Assembly (NCBI GenBank): GCA_014905635.1
Contig: JABVCE010000004.1
Location: 1,364,001 to 1,428,000, forward strand
Direction of reading: 5' to 3'
DNA from: Scenedesmus sp. PABB004
Taxonomy: Eukaryota
Length of the DNA: 64,000 bases
The notes under the pieces were generated by a model. That model made no database searches and was not told the origin of the DNA. It worked only from the letters and a program-made list of their open reading frames with translations. Of this stretch, positions 60,559-64,000 are shown one piece after another (the first letter of the stretch is position 1; each line of letters starts with the position of its first letter). Both the position numbers and the translations under genes were made by a program.

Positions 60559-61265
60559 ATGCCGCCGGGCAGCACGTCCGTGAAGCGCGCGCCGCTCAAG
60601 CGCCGCGGCCTGAGCGCCTTCTACTCGTCCAAGTCGCAGTCGTTCGGCTGCATCCAGGTGCGGCCCCGCCGGCAGCCGCCGCCCGGCTGGCGCCGACGTG
60701 GCGACCCGGCTGGCGCGCGCGCGCAGCGCGGCCGCAGCGCAGCGCCACCCCGCCTCACCGCCTCACCCCGCCCCTCCTCCCCCAGGACCTGCTGGTGGAC
60801 GCGGCGTTCTCCCGGTCCTCGCTGCTGCTCGCAAAGCGCGGCGGCTCGCAGCGCGGCGGCCTCGCGGCGTTCGCGGAGGACGACGCCGCGTTTGGCAGGG
60901 AGCGCGACGCGATGCTGCTGGTCGACTGCGCCAGCCCGCGCTGCGGCGACTCGGCGCCGGGCAGCCCCTTTGGCGCGCCGCGGCTCCAGCGCGCGTCGTG
61001 GGACGGCAGCAGCAGCAGCAGCCGCGGGCGCGCGAGCCCCGGCCCGCTGAGCGCGCTCTCCCTCTCGCTCGACGGCAGCCTCTCGGGCAGCGCCGGCGCG
61101 CCGCTCGGCGGCGGCTGGGACCGCAGCGCGAGCGACGACGGCAGCAGCGGCGGCGGCCCCGACGCGGGCGGCTGCTGCTGGGGCGAGGCGCTCTCGCCCG
61201 AGCGCGCCGCGGCGGACGGCCTCTGCGCGGCGCTGCAGACGGCGTCGCTCGCGCCCGGCTTCTAA
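60559..61265 (+). CDS. OXS3 (oxidative stress 3)-like protein
   Basis: KRRGLSAFYSSKSQSFGCIQ|DL resembles the KRGLSxxYxGKSxSFxxL motif of the OXS3 family; intron 60658-60785; TAA at 61263-61265. Confidence 0.75.
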
Positions 61266-62518
61266 GAGCCGGCGCGCCCGGCGGCCTCGGGCGCGCCGCG
61301 CCGGCGCGCCCCCCTGCCCCCGGTGCGCGCCCCAGCGCGCGGCCCGCGCGCGCGCGCCGGCATTCGGCGACGCGCGCTGGCCGGCCTGCCGGCCTGGGGG
61401 CCCCGCGCGGCGCCGCGCCGCGCGGGCTGGCTGTCGTCACCAATTTCGCGCCGCGAGCACGCCGCGCCCCGCACTTGCCTGGATATCTCTTCTCGGTCGC
61501 TCTGCCTGTGCGTCTAGGGGCTTTTTGACCCGGCCGGCTTGCGATGCTGTGTCTCTGCGCAGCCTGCCACCCGCGCCCGCCCCCGAGCTTGATTGATTCA
61601 TTGGACGGCGACGACGCAGCGGTCGGCGGGGCCGGGCGCGCCGCGCGCGCGGGGCGGGCGCGCGCGCGCGCCGGCGGCCAACGCGCCGCCGGCGGCGCCG
61701 CGCCCGCCGCCCGCGGCGGCGGCCCGCGCCTGCCGCCGCCGCTCTCAATGAAGGCGGAGCGCCGCCGCCCCCCTGCTTGGGGGCTGTAGCTACAAGAGCG
61801 CGCCCTCGCGCGCACCGGAGCGAGAGAGGAGCGCGGCGGAGTTTGTGGGGCAGCAGCGCCCTCGACATCGTAGCGGGTGGGCGTCGAGGGCCGGTTTTTT
61901 TTGGGTGGTCGCAGCGGGTTCGCTCTGGGGTTGCCTTTGCCTGTGTGCCTGTTTGTGCCTCGCTCTGCGCCGCGTCTTGCCTGCTGTCGAGCCTTGCCGC
62001 CGCTGGGCCAAACCGGCGTGCCCGCTGAGATGATGATGATGACACACGAGAGTGGTGGTGTGGGTTGCTGCTGAGCGTGGTTAGGCCTTGACGCGCGCGT
62101 GCCTCGACGTGCGCGCGCGGTGCAGGATGCCTGCGAGAGTCCTGCTGTGTCTTGCAGCAGCTTGCCCCCATTGAACGGCGAGAGCGACGCCGAGGTTCTT
62201 GAGTCAGCAGCGTCTCTGACGCGCAGACAGCAGCCGCGGTCCACCCCCGCAGCACTGGCATCCCGCTCACACCCAGCGCCACCCAAACATCAGCCGCCGC
62301 GCCGAGCACACATCGCCACAGCAGCGCTCACTCGTTTCGACGCGAGCCGCCGCCGGGACCGGCCGCCGCGGCCCCCTGCGGCCCCTGCGCCCTTCTGGTC
62401 GTCGATCGCGCACCGTGCGCTGCTCCCGGGCGAGAGCGCAGCAGGCGAGCCGTGCGGCGGCGGCGGCGCCGGGGAGACAGCGGCGCGCTGCTGGCGCAGC
62501 GCCCGGCGGCCGCGCGCG

Positions 62519-64000
62519 ATGTGGCCCCGCGAGATCGCGGAGCTCTGCCTCATCGTGTTCAGCTTCGCTGTGTTCGGCGGTTACCACGTCTGGATGTTCG
62601 TGCTCAACGGCAAGGGCAGCCGCGTGCGGGTGCGCGCGCCGGCGCGCCGCGCACGCGATGCAGGAGGCGGCCGCCGCCCAGCGCGCGACCACGCGCCGCC
62701 GCCGCCGCCTGCCCTGACGGCGCGCCAGGAGTCGTACAACGACTTTTTCACGGCCGGCAAGCTCGCGCGCTCGATCTGGGCCGAGGCGTGCGCGACGGAC
62801 GAGAAGGACGCCATCCTGGGCGTGCAGCAGGCGCGCAACGCGATGACCGCGTGCTCATACCTCGCCATCATCAGCGTCGCGCTCGCGACGGCTGGTGCGG
62901 CGGCCTTGCGGCGGCCTTGCGCGCGCGGGCGCCGCCGCAGGCCGCGCGCGCGGGCCGCCGGCCCCCTGGCGGTCCCCGCCAGCGCGCGGCGGCGGCTGTG
63001 ACCGCGCCGGGCGGCGGGCCCTGCCGGCCGCGCCGCAGGGCTGACAATCATCTTTGACGACGCCAAGATCCAGCGCATCCGCCAGCTCAACGTGCGCGCT
63101 GGGGCGCGCGGCGCCGGCCTGCCAGCAGCCAGGCGCCTGCCCGGCGGCTCGCCGCGCGCCGGGCGGCCGGCCAGCCCCTCCCTGACTCCCTCCCTCCCTC
63201 TCCCTCCTCACTCCCTCGCGCGCCGCCTCCTCGCGCCCTCGCGCCCTCTCGCAGGAGAATGACGCAATCCTGCGCCACCTCGCCGGCCCGCTGCTCGTGC
63301 AGCCGACCGTCACGATCGCGCTCTCCCTGGGCGCCCTGTACGGGTCGTTCATCTGCTTCGCCCAGTCGGTGCGACTCTACGTGCACACGGTGAGCGGCGG
63401 CCCGCGCCGCGCCCCACGGCGCGGTTCGCTGCGCGGCCAGCTGCCCGCGCGCGCGCGCCGGCCCGCCTCGACGAGCCGCCCCACGCGCGCCAGGGCTTCT
63501 ACGTCCGCGCCGTGACGAGCCGCTTCAACCCCGGCACGCTGACCGTGCGCGAGGCCAAGCGCGTGACCGTGCGCGCGGGCGTGGCGTTCTCGGTGCGGGG
63601 GCCGCCGGCGCGCCGGCGCGGGCGCTGCTCGCGCTGCGCGGCGCACCGCCTGCGGCCGACGCCGCCGCCGCCGGCGGGGCCGCCGGCGCTGGCACCGCAG
63701 GTCGGGCTGCGCCTCTTTTACCTCTTCATCCCCACGGTGCGCGCGCCGCTCTCTTGCAGGACAGCTTGCAGGACGGCGGCGCGCAGGGCGGCAGCGCGCA
63801 GGGCGCGGGGCCGAGCAGCGCGCCGCGCCGCGCCGCGCAGATCATGTGGTCGATCGGCGTGACCGCGCTGCTGGTGTCGTCGGTGGCGATGACAGGCATC
63901 ATCGCCTGGATGGACCACTTTGACGGGCCCCTCGCCGGCGACGGCCCCGGCGACGAGGAGGAGGGCGCGCCGCTCTGCTCAGTGCTCGCGCGCGAGAGCG
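62519..64000 (+). CDS. DUF599-family multi-pass membrane protein (3' end beyond the window)
   Basis: FGGYHVW, ARSIW, ILGVQQARNAMTACSYLA, FICFAQSVRLYVHTGF, FSVGLRLFYLFIP-IMW...WMD; 6 introns; no stop before 64000. Confidence 0.85.

Noticed and set aside
62029..62074. ATGATGA...CTGA as a possible C/D box snoRNA
   Set aside because: The C box is part of a (GAT)n run, the spacing is too short and there is no terminal stem.
1..64000. Prokaryote-type systems (operons, CRISPR, defence islands), rRNA/tRNA genes, stop-codon reassignment
   Set aside because: Genes are spliced eukaryotic genes; I recognised no structural RNA genes and no conserved exon needs an in-frame stop to be read through.

Overview
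Eukaryotic nuclear DNA, very GC-rich (roughly 80% by eye), gene-dense, with many short introns of about 90-210 nt. Donors are mostly GTGCGC-like, acceptors mostly CAG, and CTCAC/CTGAC branch motifs are common. Gene content (OPR protein, CCT protein, plastid-type BolA, Rieske-like protein) points to a chlorophyte green alga, probably Sphaeropleales (inference). Most long ORFs in the supplied track are GC artefacts; I rebuilt genes by splicing by eye. I find 21 protein-coding genes: an AGC-type kinase with a frameshift, two secreted Cys-rich proteins, an HDHD3-like HAD hydrolase, a ligand-less Rieske-like protein, BCKDH E1-alpha, a GT32+FkbM fusion, a large internally duplicated unknown protein, a Branch/GT14-like fusion, ADPRM, an OPR protein, mitochondrial EF-G, Tudor-SN, BolA, a SAP + pseudo-tRNase Z, a CCT protein, MMTAG2-like, a PhyH dioxygenase, GCP3, an OXS3-like protein and a truncated DUF599 protein. 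No rRNA, tRNA, CRISPR array or recognisable transposase. Main observations: (1) a ~675-bp inverted repeat derived from the MMTAG2 3' end brackets the CCT gene; (2) GC-AG introns are very frequent; (3) a tRNase Z homologue has lost its catalytic motifs but keeps the tRNA-binding arm and carries SAP and RGG modules; (4) an unknown protein consists of two homologous halves, each starting with a docking-type motif. Exon boundaries are manual and may be off by a few bases.
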